From Halodesulfurarchaeum sp. (GTDB lineage: Archaea > Halobacteriota > Halobacteria > Halobacteriales > Halobacteriaceae): 64,000 nucleotides of DNA. Under the pieces are notes generated by a model, which was given only the letters and a program-made list of their open reading frames with translations, was not told where the DNA came from and made no database searches. Below, piece after piece: positions 1 through 9,190 of this stretch. Position numbers and translations under genes: made by a program. Location: assembly GCA_034520565.1 (NCBI GenBank), contig JAXHNL010000002.1, forward strand, positions 576,001-640,000. The letters run 5' to 3'. Numbering within the stretch: the first letter of the stretch is position 1; the number at the start of each line of letters is the position of its first letter.

Positions 1-520
1 CGGCCGCCGCGACCCGATGCTCGAAGTCGGCGTCGTAGGCGTTCCTGGCCGCCTCGGGGGCCGAATCCACCTCGAAGTCGAACATCTCGGGGGCGTCTTT
101 CTCGTAGGTCGCGACGAGGGTCGGCTCCGAGACCGCCCTCACCAGGAGTGCGTCCCGCCGGACGATGCCGACGAAGGATTCCTCGCCCAGGACGCCGGCG
201 ATGCGGGGTGTGTCGTAGTCGTCCTTCTCGTAATCGAGGGCGAACAGCCCGGAGACGAGCGCGTCACGCGGTGGATAGCCGAGATCCAGCTTCTCGGCGA
301 TCGGGTCGACGTGAGAGCCGTTTCCGATTACCATCCCGTCACCGCCCGGTCTGACGCAGTTGTAGGAGATGTAGGGGTTGTCGGTCTCCGGGGCGTCGGC
401 GGTCGGGACGACCGTCAGGGTGTCCCCGCGCTCGACGATCTTCCGGTTGGGAAAGGATCGCGAGGAGACGCGATAGGCTGCGGTCTCGGGCCCGACGACG
501 ATGAATCGACCCACGTACAT
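1..520 (-). CDS. purO: IMP cyclohydrolase (archaeal PurO); the 3' end runs off the window
   Basis: Not in the ORF track. Manual reverse-strand translation from ATG at 520 gives [26 protein letters not shown]...NPYISYNC...GNGSHVDPI...[14 protein letters not shown], the PurO signature. Confidence 0.92.
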   Translation of the reverse strand, partial: MYVGRFIVVGPETAAYRVSSRSFPNRKIVERGDTLTVVPTADAPETDNPYISYNCVRPGGDGMVIGNGSHVDPIAEKLDLGYPPRDALVSGLFALDYEKDDYDTPRIAGVLGEESFVGIVRRDALLVRAVSEPTLVATYEKDAPEMFDFEVDSAPEAARNAYDADFEHRVAAA

Positions 521-646
521 GGTACATGGATCCCCCAACACGCACAAGAGTGTAGCGGAACGGCGGTCAGGTGCCCGAATCTGGAGCCCTCCGTGACCCG
601 AACGCGGAACGGTTAAGGGCGATCATCGAATAGGATCCATCGCAGC

Positions 647-719
647 AGTCCCATGGGGTAGTGGCCAATCCTGTTGCCTTCTGGGGGCAACGACCCAGGT
701 TCGAATCCTGGTGGGACTA
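647..719 (+). tRNA. tRNA-Gln (anticodon CTG)
   Basis: Cloverleaf with acceptor stem AGTCCCA/TGGGACT, anticodon arm TTGCC-TT-CTG-GG-GGCAA and T-loop GGTTCGAATCC. A TTAA box lies at about 613-616. Confidence 0.96.
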
Positions 720-872
720 TTCGGTTTTCGTTCTCCCAACGCCGTCGGAAACGGCTTCTCGTGTTCGGTGAGCAACTCGACGATCGTGACTTCCCGGTCT
801 CAGCCGTCCCGGTCGAACCCCGGAATGACTCATCTGTCGACACCCGATTTCCCGGTGCAATACCCCGACTAG

Positions 873-3083
873 TTAGAACACCTGATTTCGCACGAAGCGC
901 TTCAGGCGCCCGGTGCCGGCAGATCCGGGCGTCACGGCGACGGCCGTCACGTCGCTCCCCGCGATCAGTCGATCGGCCGGTCGGCCGAACAGTGCGCCCC
1001 TGATACCAGTTGCGCCCCCGCCCGTGACGATCAGGTCCGCCGTTCGGGTGGCCTCGATGAGCCCCTGGGGCCTGTCTGCAGCCTCGATGACGCGGACCGA
1101 GGCCGGTTGGGCGAGTCGTTCCGAGAGGGCTTCGAGCTGTTCGCGAATGGTCTCGCGCTGGCGGTCTGGCGCCGAGGGCTGGACGGCGGCGAGCAGTTCG
1201 ATATCCGCGTCGAAGGCCGTGGCGATGGCCCCGGCGACCATCAGCCTCGTGGCATCACCCTCGCCACCGGTGGAGACCAGTGTGACCTGCTCGACCGCGT
1301 CGAGGCCCCGGTCCTCGACGTCGAAGACGTCGCGGGCGGTGTGGCGCTTGATCCAGCCGACGTCGCTTCCGAAGACCGGGGTGTGGTGCTCTTCGCCCCG
1401 CCGCTCGAGGACGATCGCATCGAGATCGTGGTGTTCGGCGTGGGTGACGATCGAGTGTTTCACGTCGTGGGAGGCGACGGTCCCATATCCCACCGGGACC
1501 GCAGCCGTTTCGGCGAACTCGGCGACTCGCTCCTCGAAGGACGTGTCGCCCTCGAGGGATCGCTCGCTCGCGGTGTCCAGCGGAAGCTGGTCTGGCACCT
1601 CGTCGAACCGCGTGGCACGGACGGCCCCACCCTGTGCGACGGCGATGGCTTCGGCGATCGTGAGGAGGGTCGCCTCCCGTTCAACTGGAGTCCGTTCGGT
1701 GACGGCCACGAGCACGTCGTACTCGTCCTCGTCCGCGACGACCCTGTCCGCGTGATCGATGGTTTCCTGCCCGAGGTGTTGGCGGACGGCGTCGGCGACG
1801 GCCCCCTCCCGCTCGATGTCACTCTGCGAGCGGACGTAGGTGAGATACCAGAAGAGGGAGCCGAGGACGATTGCGAGGGCGCCCAGCAGGGGCAACGCGC
1901 CCATGAACGGGAGGAGGACGATACCACCCACGATTCCGACCAGCTGCGGAACTGGATAGAGCGGCGTTTCGAAACTCGGCTCGTAGCCGGGGAGGTCGGC
2001 CTGGCGAAAGGCGATGAGGGCGACGTTGATGAGGACGAAGACGAGGATCTTGAAGGCGCTCGCGAGCTTGGCGATCTCGTCGATGGGGACGAAGGCGACC
2101 ATGAACAGCAGGATCGCCCCGGTGATGGTAATCGCGTTCACCGGCGTCCCGAAGCGCTCGCTGACCGCGGCAAAGGCGGGCGGTGCGAGACTGTCGCGGC
2201 TCATCGCGAGCGGGTATCGAGAGGAGGAGAGGATGCCGGCGTTTGCGGTGCTGATCAACGCGATAACCGCCGCGACGACCACCACGATGACCCCGACCGA
2301 CGCGAGGGTCTCCTCGGCGGCCAGCGCCATCGGGATGTTCGACCCCATCAGGTCCTCGGCCGGAACGATCCCCACCATGACGACGACGAGCGCGACGTAA
2401 AGCAGCGTGGTGAAGACGAGCGAGCCCAGGATGCCAAGCGGGATGTTCCGATCGGGGTTCTCGATCTCCTCGGCGACGCTCGCGACCTTCGTTACGCCCG
2501 CATAGGAGACGTAGACGAACCCGGTCGCGGCGAGCAAGCCGCCGATGCCGCCGCCGAAGAAGTCCCCGTAATGGGCCGGTTCGACGGCGGTTGCGCTGCC
2601 GGCCACGAACCAGGTGAGCGCGGCGAGCATGACGACCACGATGGCGACCTGCAACCGGCCCGTCTGTTTCGCGCCGATGACGTTGATCGCGATGAGGACG
2701 AATCCGGCCACCAGCGCGACGGGTTTGACCGGGAGATCGAAGAGCAAAACGAGGTAGGGCGCCCCGCCGATCAGTGCGAGCGCGCCCTTGAACGTCAGCG
2801 AAAACCAGGTGCCAACGCCCGCAATAGTGCCGAGTAGCGGTCCCATTCCCCGTTCGATGTAGAGGTACGTGCCGCCCGATTCGGGCATCGCGGTCGCCAT
2901 TTCGGACTTGCTCAGCGCGGCCGGGAGGACCAGGAGGCCGGCGAGCAGGTACGCGAGGATGACCGAAGGCCCCGCCATCTTGAGGGCCAGGCCGGGCAGG
3001 ATGAAGATCCCGCTCCCGACCATCGCGCCGATGCTGATCGCGAGGACCGCGGGGAGGCCCAGGTCCCGTTCGAGTTCCTTCAT
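873..3083 (-). CDS. APC-family amino acid permease fused to C-terminal USP-like domains
   Basis: The likely start is MKELERDLGL. It has the GAMVGSGIFILPG and GGTYLYI motifs, about 12 TM segments and an acidic USP-like tail. Confidence 0.88.
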   Translation of the reverse strand: MKELERDLGLPAVLAISIGAMVGSGIFILPGLALKMAGPSVILAYLLAGLLVLPAALSKSEMATAMPESGGTYLYIERGMGPLLGTIAGVGTWFSLTFKGALALIGGAPYLVLLFDLPVKPVALVAGFVLIAINVIGAKQTGRLQVAIVVVMLAALTWFVAGSATAVEPAHYGDFFGGGIGGLLAATGFVYVSYAGVTKVASVAEEIENPDRNIPLGILGSLVFTTLLYVALVVVMVGIVPAEDLMGSNIPMALAAEETLASVGVIVVVVAAVIALISTANAGILSSSRYPLAMSRDSLAPPAFAAVSERFGTPVNAITITGAILLFMVAFVPIDEIAKLASAFKILVFVLINVALIAFRQADLPGYEPSFETPLYPVPQLVGIVGGIVLLPFMGALPLLGALAIVLGSLFWYLTYVRSQSDIEREGAVADAVRQHLGQETIDHADRVVADEDEYDVLVAVTERTPVEREATLLTIAEAIAVAQGGAVRATRFDEVPDQLPLDTASERSLEGDTSFEERVAEFAETAAVPVGYGTVASHDVKHSIVTHAEHHDLDAIVLERRGEEHHTPVFGSDVGWIKRHTARDVFDVEDRGLDAVEQVTLVSTGGEGDATRLMVAGAIATAFDADIELLAAVQPSAPDRQRETIREQLEALSERLAQPASVRVIEAADRPQGLIEATRTADLIVTGGGATGIRGALFGRPADRLIAGSDVTAVAVTPGSAGTGRLKRFVRNQVF

Positions 3084-3477
3084 CGGTAGATCTGGCCCCG
3101 TGATTGGGCTTGGCCGCGAGCGGAGCGGCACGGAGCCCAATTCGACGGCTCCCCGGCCGCCGCCGGCACCCGGGACAGCCGGCGCGAAAACTTCTCGGCG
3201 CTCCTCCCGCGGCCTGAAAATCGACGCTGAAATCGGATCATGGTGGGAGACGTATCGTCGGGGCCAATGGGTCCCGGTTGCGGCGACCTGTTCGGTCGAC
3301 CTTACCAACGGATCGATATAAATTGCGGGATAGTATGACCGATTTGCCAATCTATCTCCGGAATATTGCCGAAACTGTTATCGACCCGTGCGGTTCGACG
3401 AACAGCTCCCCGTCGCTGAAAGGACGGGGGGACGATTCGGAGCAACACTAATGGGCCCGAGCGGCGGACTGTGGACA

Positions 3478-3948
3478 ATGACCGACGGCGAGCTCGATAC
3501 GATCGACCGCCAGATCCTCTCGGCCCTCCAGGGCCGGGCCCGCCACACCTCCTCGACGGAGGTCGCCGAGCAGCTGGACATCTCCGCGAGTACCGTCCGT
3601 TCGCGGCTCGCGAAGCTCGAGGAGCGGGGGATCGTCCGGGGGTATTACATCGACATCGACTACGACGCGGCGGGATATCCGCTCTTTACGAAGATCGTCT
3701 GCACCGCGCCGGTCGCGGACCGGGACGAGCTGGCGAAGGCGGCCCAGGAGATCGACGGGGTGACCGCCGTCCGGGAGGTCATGACCGGCGAGCGAAACGT
3801 CTACGTGAACGCGATCGGGACCGATCACGACGATCTCAACCGCATCAGCACCGAGTTAGACGAACTCGGGCTCCACGTCGTCGACGAACAGCTGGTGCGT
3901 GATGAGTACATCTGTCCGGAGACGGGGTTGGTGGAGCGGGAGGAGTGA
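3478..3948 (+). CDS. Lrp/AsnC-family transcriptional regulator
   Basis: HTH LDTIDRQILSALQ...STVRSRLAKLEERGIVRGY. Divergent from the permease. Confidence 0.9.
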   Translation: MTDGELDTIDRQILSALQGRARHTSSTEVAEQLDISASTVRSRLAKLEERGIVRGYYIDIDYDAAGYPLFTKIVCTAPVADRDELAKAAQEIDGVTAVREVMTGERNVYVNAIGTDHDDLNRISTELDELGLHVVDEQLVRDEYICPETGLVEREE

Positions 3949-3999
3949 GGTGCCGGCTTTCGAAAGTGCGTGAAACGCGGTTCGGAAAGACGCTGTCCG

Positions 4000-4548
4000 T
4001 TAGACCAAAAGCTGCACGTCCGATTTCGCCATCTTCCGCAGCGCGTGGGCCGCACCGACGCCGGTCTCCACGCCGTCGATAAATTCGTCGTCGTCGTAGT
4101 CCATCAGGTCCATCGTCATCTGGCAGGCCTGGAAGTTGACGCCGTTGTCCAGCCCGCGCTGGATCAGTTCGGGCACGGTGTCGGTGCCGACGTCGTCGAT
4201 CTTGTCCCGCATCATCTTCGCCGTCATGCGGTCCATGCCGGGGAGCATGGCCACCATGTTCGGCACGGGCATGCTCGGGTTCCCGACCGAGGACATCTTC
4301 AGCTTCCTGTGGTTCTCCTCGTGGAGCATGTCGAGGCCCCAGAAGGTGGCAAAGACGGTGACGTTCCAGCCGAAGGCCGCGGCCATCGGCCCGAGGATGA
4401 GGACCGGATAGGCCATGTCGAGGGTCCCCTTCGTGGCGATGATGACCATCTCGGTCGGACCGTCGTCGTGCTCGTGGGCTTCGACCTGTTCCTCGAGGTC
4501 GGCGATGCGCGCCTGGAGATCGTCGATCGTGGGTTCGTCGGTGGACAT
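4000..4548 (-). CDS. DsrE/DsrF/DrsH-like (DsrE2-type) sulfurtransferase family protein
   Basis: Motifs IIATKGTLDMAYP, FATFWGL, ACQMTMDLM and GVGAA. Confidence 0.85.
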   Translation of the reverse strand: MSTDEPTIDDLQARIADLEEQVEAHEHDDGPTEMVIIATKGTLDMAYPVLILGPMAAAFGWNVTVFATFWGLDMLHEENHRKLKMSSVGNPSMPVPNMVAMLPGMDRMTAKMMRDKIDDVGTDTVPELIQRGLDNGVNFQACQMTMDLMDYDDDEFIDGVETGVGAAHALRKMAKSDVQLLV

Positions 4549-4842
4549 GATTCGATGGGTGTGACAGCGCCCGGCCGGCGGACTCCGCCGCGTCCGGCCC
4601 TGTCGTGAATGCAGTTTGCAACTTCGCGATGCCCCACATAAAAGGGTACGGTCGATTTTCCGTTGCTGGGAGCGGTCTCGCGGCCGTTCGACCCTGTTTG
4701 TGGTTTCCTACATGGGGGGCTGTCTTGGAGAGAATGGTGTATAATGTAACAATCCCGAACGTGACGAATTCAGCCCGATCACGGACGTTGCGGTCGCTAT
4801 CCGCCGCGATGCCGGTCGAACCCCACCGCCGGAACCGTCCGG

Positions 4843-5574
4843 CTACCCTTCCTCGTCTTCCTTCGCCTCCGCGTCGGTCTTTTCCGAGCCGCCGCCCGAA
4901 TCCTTCGACTCGTCCGTCTCCTCGGCCACTTTTTCTGCTTCCGCTCCGAACCCCTCGTCCTCGAGGGCTCGGACGCCGGCCTGCTTGCTCACTTCGCTGA
5001 TCCGGTCCATGACCTGCTCGACCTCCTTGCCGATGGTCTGCTCCACCTGTTCGCTGACGGTCTCCTCGACCTCCCGGGCCACGTGGTCGACCTCCTCGCC
5101 GACGCTTTCCTCGACGGTCGCGCTGACCGACTCCTCGACCTGTTCGGAGACGGTCTCTGCGACCTGCTCGGAGACCGTGGACTCGACGCCCTCGGCCATG
5201 TCTTCCTCGACTTTTTCCTCGACTTCTTCGGCGACGTCGTCCATCTCTTTGCTGATGGTATCCTCGACGGTCTCGCCGACCTCCTCGGTGACCTTCTTTT
5301 CGACTTCTTCGGCGACGTCGTCCATCTCCTTGCTGATGGTCTCCCCGACCTCCGCGGTGACTGTCTCCTCGACCTTCTCCGCGACCTCCTTGGTCATCCA
5401 CTCGGGGTTAAAGCGAGCCATTTTCCACCCGATGTGAACGACGTAGGAGGCGAGCACCCCGAGTCCGAAGGCGATCCCGACGACCGTCTCGACCAAGAGG
5501 ATGAGCGCGATCGCCACGAAGATCAACAGCCCGTATGTCAGATCGATGACGAAATCGACCCGGTTGGGGTTCAT
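4843..5574 (-). CDS. Membrane-anchored acidic repeat protein (hypothetical)
   Basis: Two N-terminal TM helices followed by an E/V-rich helical region with an internal duplication (TISKEMDDVAEEVE). Confidence 0.7.
   Translation of the reverse strand: MNPNRVDFVIDLTYGLLIFVAIALILLVETVVGIAFGLGVLASYVVHIGWKMARFNPEWMTKEVAEKVEETVTAEVGETISKEMDDVAEEVEKKVTEEVGETVEDTISKEMDDVAEEVEEKVEEDMAEGVESTVSEQVAETVSEQVEESVSATVEESVGEEVDHVAREVEETVSEQVEQTIGKEVEQVMDRISEVSKQAGVRALEDEGFGAEAEKVAEETDESKDSGGGSEKTDAEAKEDEEG
5220..5360. repeat. 81-bp-period tandem duplication within a CDS
   Basis: CGACTTCTTCGGCGACGTCGTCCATCTC occurs at 5220 and 5301. Confidence 0.8.
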
Positions 5575-5773
5575 CGTTCGGTCACCGCCGGTTTTACCCG
5601 CCGAATCGGTCCGCGATCCCGTCGTAAAACGTCCCACTGTTGCATACTAATCCGTAGTTCGTCCAGGCACAAAAACTGTCGGCGGCTCCGCTCCGTTCGC
5701 ACGGGATGAATTGACGTGCCGCTGCTCGACGGCGTGACACACCGTTTAAGGAACTCCGGGGCGGAGTTCCGGT

Positions 5774-6949
5774 ATGATCGAACTCCTCCTTCTCCTCGGC
5801 ATTGTCGTTGCGCTTTTCGTCGGGTTCAACATCGGCGGGGCGACGACGGGACCAGCCTTCGGCCCGGCAGTGGGATCGGAGTCGATCTCGAAGACCGGTG
5901 CGGCGGCACTCATGTCGGTCTTTTTCTTCGTCGGCGCGTGGACGATCGGCCGCCGAGTCGTCGCCACCCTCGGCGAGGATCTCATCACTGACGCTGGCGT
6001 CTTCACCATCGAGACGAGTATCGTCGTCCTCTTTTTCATCGGGGGCGCGCTCTTCCTCGGCAACTACGCCGGGGTCCCGGCGTCGACCTCCATGACAGCC
6101 GTCGGGGCCATCGCCGGGCTGGGCGTCGCGACCGGCGAACTGAACTGGGCCGTGATGGGTGAGATCGCCGTCTGGTGGATCATCGCCCCCATCGTCGGCT
6201 TCTGGATCTCGGGAATGATCGGCCGCTACCTCTATCCGACGATCAACCGGTGGGTCGCGATCGACAACACCCCCGGCCCGCTCCTCGAGATGGACCGGTC
6301 GGGTGCGCTGCCGAAGCCGACGCTCGGACCGAACACCACTCGCCGGGAGTTCTTCGGGGGCGTCGTCGTGATCGCCATCGGGAGCTTGATGGCCTTCTCC
6401 TCTGGCACCTCGAACATCGCCAACGCGATCGCGCCGCTCGTGGGCGCAGGCGTGGACATGAACATGATGATTCTGCTAGGCGGCGCGGCGGTCGCCGTCG
6501 GGGCCTTCACCATCGCCCGCCGGACCCTCGACACCCTCGGAAACGACATCACCGACCTCCCGCTCACCGCGGCGATCGTCGTCGCGGTCGTTTCCTCCGC
6601 GATCGTGACCGGCCTCTCGGCGATCGGTATCCCCGCCTCCTTCGTCATCATCGCGACGATGTCGATCGTCGGTCTGGGCTGGGGGCGGGCGACCCGCCCC
6701 GCCACGATCCCGGACGTCGTCCACGGCGAGGGAACCGAAGGCGTCTCGGTCGGGGCGCTCACCGCCGAGGAACCGGGCGAGGAGCTCCCCCCGATCGGCG
6801 AGGAGGACCCCGCGGACATCCCCTCCGCCGCCGACCTCTTCGACCCCTCGACGACGGGTCGGGTCGTGATCATGCAGAACGTCGTCCCGCTCATTTCGAC
6901 GGTCGGAGCTTACGCCACCTTCACGCTCCTGTTCACGTTCGTGTGGTAG
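5774..6949 (+). CDS. PiT-family inorganic phosphate/anion transporter
   Basis: GFNIGG...AFGPAVGS and SGTSNIANA PiT signature repeats; hydrophobic. Confidence 0.88.
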   Translation: MIELLLLLGIVVALFVGFNIGGATTGPAFGPAVGSESISKTGAAALMSVFFFVGAWTIGRRVVATLGEDLITDAGVFTIETSIVVLFFIGGALFLGNYAGVPASTSMTAVGAIAGLGVATGELNWAVMGEIAVWWIIAPIVGFWISGMIGRYLYPTINRWVAIDNTPGPLLEMDRSGALPKPTLGPNTTRREFFGGVVVIAIGSLMAFSSGTSNIANAIAPLVGAGVDMNMMILLGGAAVAVGAFTIARRTLDTLGNDITDLPLTAAIVVAVVSSAIVTGLSAIGIPASFVIIATMSIVGLGWGRATRPATIPDVVHGEGTEGVSVGALTAEEPGEELPPIGEEDPADIPSAADLFDPSTTGRVVIMQNVVPLISTVGAYATFTLLFTFVW

Positions 6950-6963
6950 GTCCCGAAGTCCAC

Positions 6964-8160
6964 TCAGGCCCCGAAGACGGTGCGAAGGGCGGCGTAGGCC
7001 CCGTATCCGGCGGCCACCGACGTGACGAGCGTGAGCAGCCAGAAGCCGACGGTTACGCCGATCTTCCGGCGTGAGACCCCCGCGGAGCCGGCGGCCAGCC
7101 CGCCACCGATCACACCGGAGATGATGATGTTGTTGAAGGAGATCGGGATGCCCAGCGCGATCGCCGCCTGCGCGATGAGGAATCCCGGGACCAGTGCGGC
7201 GATCGACCGCCGCGAGCCCAGTTGGGCGTACTCCCGGGAGGTCGCCTGGAGGAGCCGGGGCGAGCCCATCCAGGCGCCCGCAAGGATCCCGCTTGCCCCC
7301 ACGGCGAGCAACACGATCCCGGGCAGGCCGAGTTCCACACTGTAGAGGTTTTCGAGCGGCCCGGTGGCGAGCCCGACCTGGCTGCCGCCACTCGAAAAGG
7401 CGACGACGCTGCCAAGGAGCACCAGGAAGGTGCTGACGCCACGATCGACCGACGCGCGTGTGCGCTTTCTGATGAAGGCGAACCCGACGACGCCGAAGGC
7501 GAGTGTCGTCCCCACGACGGCGACATCGAGACCGCCGACTGCGGGCGTCGGCGCTACCCACGCGACGAAGCGAGCGAGCGAGTTCTGTGTCGTCCCGGTA
7601 GGTCCCGGAATCACCCCGAGTTCGATGTTCGCCAAAACGGCAGCGACGATGCCGGCCAGTAGCGGAATACTGAGCGTGTCGGCGATGTCGTCCCGCCGGA
7701 GCAGGGTCGCAGTTCCGTACGCCAGGCCGCCCGACACGGGTGGAACGAGCACCCAGAACGTGCCGATCCCCCGGAGCGTACTCATGTTCGGGTCACCACC
7801 CAGCGAGAGGCCGACACCGATCATCGCGCCCGTCGTCGCGAAGGCCGCCGGGACGGGGTACCCGGCGAAGATCCCGATCGCCATGAACGACCCGGCGACG
7901 AGCAGGCCGGCTGTCGCCGCGAGCGGCGAGATCGCCACGCCGTCGGTGAGGCCGGTCCCGACCGTCTTCGAAATGCTGCCGCCCTGGAGCAACGCGCCGG
8001 CCCCGGCCAACAGGCCGATGAGGAAGGCCGCTCGCATCGTGGAGATGGCGTTCGCCCCGATCGCCGGAGCGAAGGGCGGCGAGTTGCTGTTCGCGCCGAG
8101 GGTCCAGGCGGTAAAGACGCCGATGAGCGTCGCGAACCCGACGAGTGCCCAGGCGGTCAT
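6964..8160 (-). CDS. PiT-family inorganic phosphate/anion transporter
   Basis: GANSNSPPFAPAIGANA and SGGSQVGLA motifs. Confidence 0.88.
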   Translation of the reverse strand: MTAWALVGFATLIGVFTAWTLGANSNSPPFAPAIGANAISTMRAAFLIGLLAGAGALLQGGSISKTVGTGLTDGVAISPLAATAGLLVAGSFMAIGIFAGYPVPAAFATTGAMIGVGLSLGGDPNMSTLRGIGTFWVLVPPVSGGLAYGTATLLRRDDIADTLSIPLLAGIVAAVLANIELGVIPGPTGTTQNSLARFVAWVAPTPAVGGLDVAVVGTTLAFGVVGFAFIRKRTRASVDRGVSTFLVLLGSVVAFSSGGSQVGLATGPLENLYSVELGLPGIVLLAVGASGILAGAWMGSPRLLQATSREYAQLGSRRSIAALVPGFLIAQAAIALGIPISFNNIIISGVIGGGLAAGSAGVSRRKIGVTVGFWLLTLVTSVAAGYGAYAALRTVFGA

Positions 8161-9047
8161 TGTTTCCCGCTAATCGCCCTCGAAATTCGGCCGAGGAAGC
8201 CGGGTTTCCCGCGCTCGCCCCGCGCCACGATGACCGTCCGATCCGTCCCGCGAACGACCCGGCGGGGAACCGAGCCGACCAGCCGGCCCCGCAAGACGCC
8301 CTTCCGGGTCGCGCCCAGGACGATCACGTCGTACCCGTCAGCGACCTCGATGATGGCGTCCTCGACGCGTTCGCCGCTCACGACGCGGGTCTCGGCAGTC
8401 ACCGGGCCGTCGATCGCCCGCTTCAGGGTTTCCAACCCCGCCTCGGCGTTGGATTGGGCTCCCTCGCGGCCAGTTTCGTCCTCGGCCACGGCGATGATCG
8501 TGACCGACGCGTCGTTCGCGACGGCGATGGCCCCGGCCGCGATCACCGAGGCCCGGACGTTCGGCCCACCCGCGACCGGGACGAGCACCTCCTCTACCGT
8601 CCCGGCCTCCCGGCCGATCCGCTCCACGTAGACGTCCGTCGCCGCCCGCTCGAGGACTTTGTCGACGGTCGTCCCGAGGAGCGCGTCGGACCGCCGGGGG
8701 TCGCTGTCCCACCCGATGAGGAGTGCCGCGGGGTCCGTCCGGTCGACCGCCGATTGAATCCCCTTCGCCACCGACCGGGCCACCACGAGGTCGCGAACAA
8801 GTTCGACGTCCTCGGGGTCGGGCGCTCGATCGAGGAGCTCGTGGCTGTCAGCCGCGAACTCCCGGACGATTGTCTCGTCCGAAAAGAGGCCGAAGGGCGA
8901 GTCCGCCGGTTTGACGACGACGGTCATCAGCCTGACCCGCCCGCTCCCCTGCCGGGCGAGGTCGGCTGCCGTCCGCACCAGCTGGGCGACTTGTTCCGGG
9001 TCCTCGACGGCGACCAACACGTCGCCCTCGCTGGCACTTCCGCTCAT
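8157..9047 (-). CDS. Universal stress protein (tandem USP domains)
   Basis: Motifs VLVPVAGGPN and IVLGAT...LVGSVPRRV. Its stop overlaps the PiT start. Confidence 0.85.
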   Translation of the reverse strand: MSGSASEGDVLVAVEDPEQVAQLVRTAADLARQGSGRVRLMTVVVKPADSPFGLFSDETIVREFAADSHELLDRAPDPEDVELVRDLVVARSVAKGIQSAVDRTDPAALLIGWDSDPRRSDALLGTTVDKVLERAATDVYVERIGREAGTVEEVLVPVAGGPNVRASVIAAGAIAVANDASVTIIAVAEDETGREGAQSNAEAGLETLKRAIDGPVTAETRVVSGERVEDAIIEVADGYDVIVLGATRKGVLRGRLVGSVPRRVVRGTDRTVIVARGERGKPGFLGRISRAISGKQ

Positions 9048-9190
9048 ACATAGATGTACCTGCCACGTGTGGATAAAGATTCGCCGAACCGGTGTCGGTG
9101 GGGGGGGGGGCGGCACCATTCGCCCCTTCCGATGAACAACCCTGGACAGCAGTGAACACGTATTTGGTCCCTGGTCCCCTTCGCCGTCGT

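Noticed and set aside
17-616. 199-aa plus-strand ORF
   Set aside because: Antisense shadow of purO, which is recognisable on the minus strand.
647-719. tRNA-targeted integrative element
   Set aside because: No duplicated tRNA 3' end and no integrase seen in the window.
863-877. Near match to the Bat UAS (CCCGACTAGTTAG)
   Set aside because: It overlaps the permease stop codon between convergent transcription units, with no promoter to activate.
613-1003. Short ORFs overlapping 647-719
   Set aside because: They overlap the tRNA-Gln gene and have no protein-like features.
1673-1690. ORB-like CTCCAGTTGAACGGGAGG on the minus strand
   Set aside because: It lies inside coding sequence and lacks one A of the GAAAC core, so it is probably chance.
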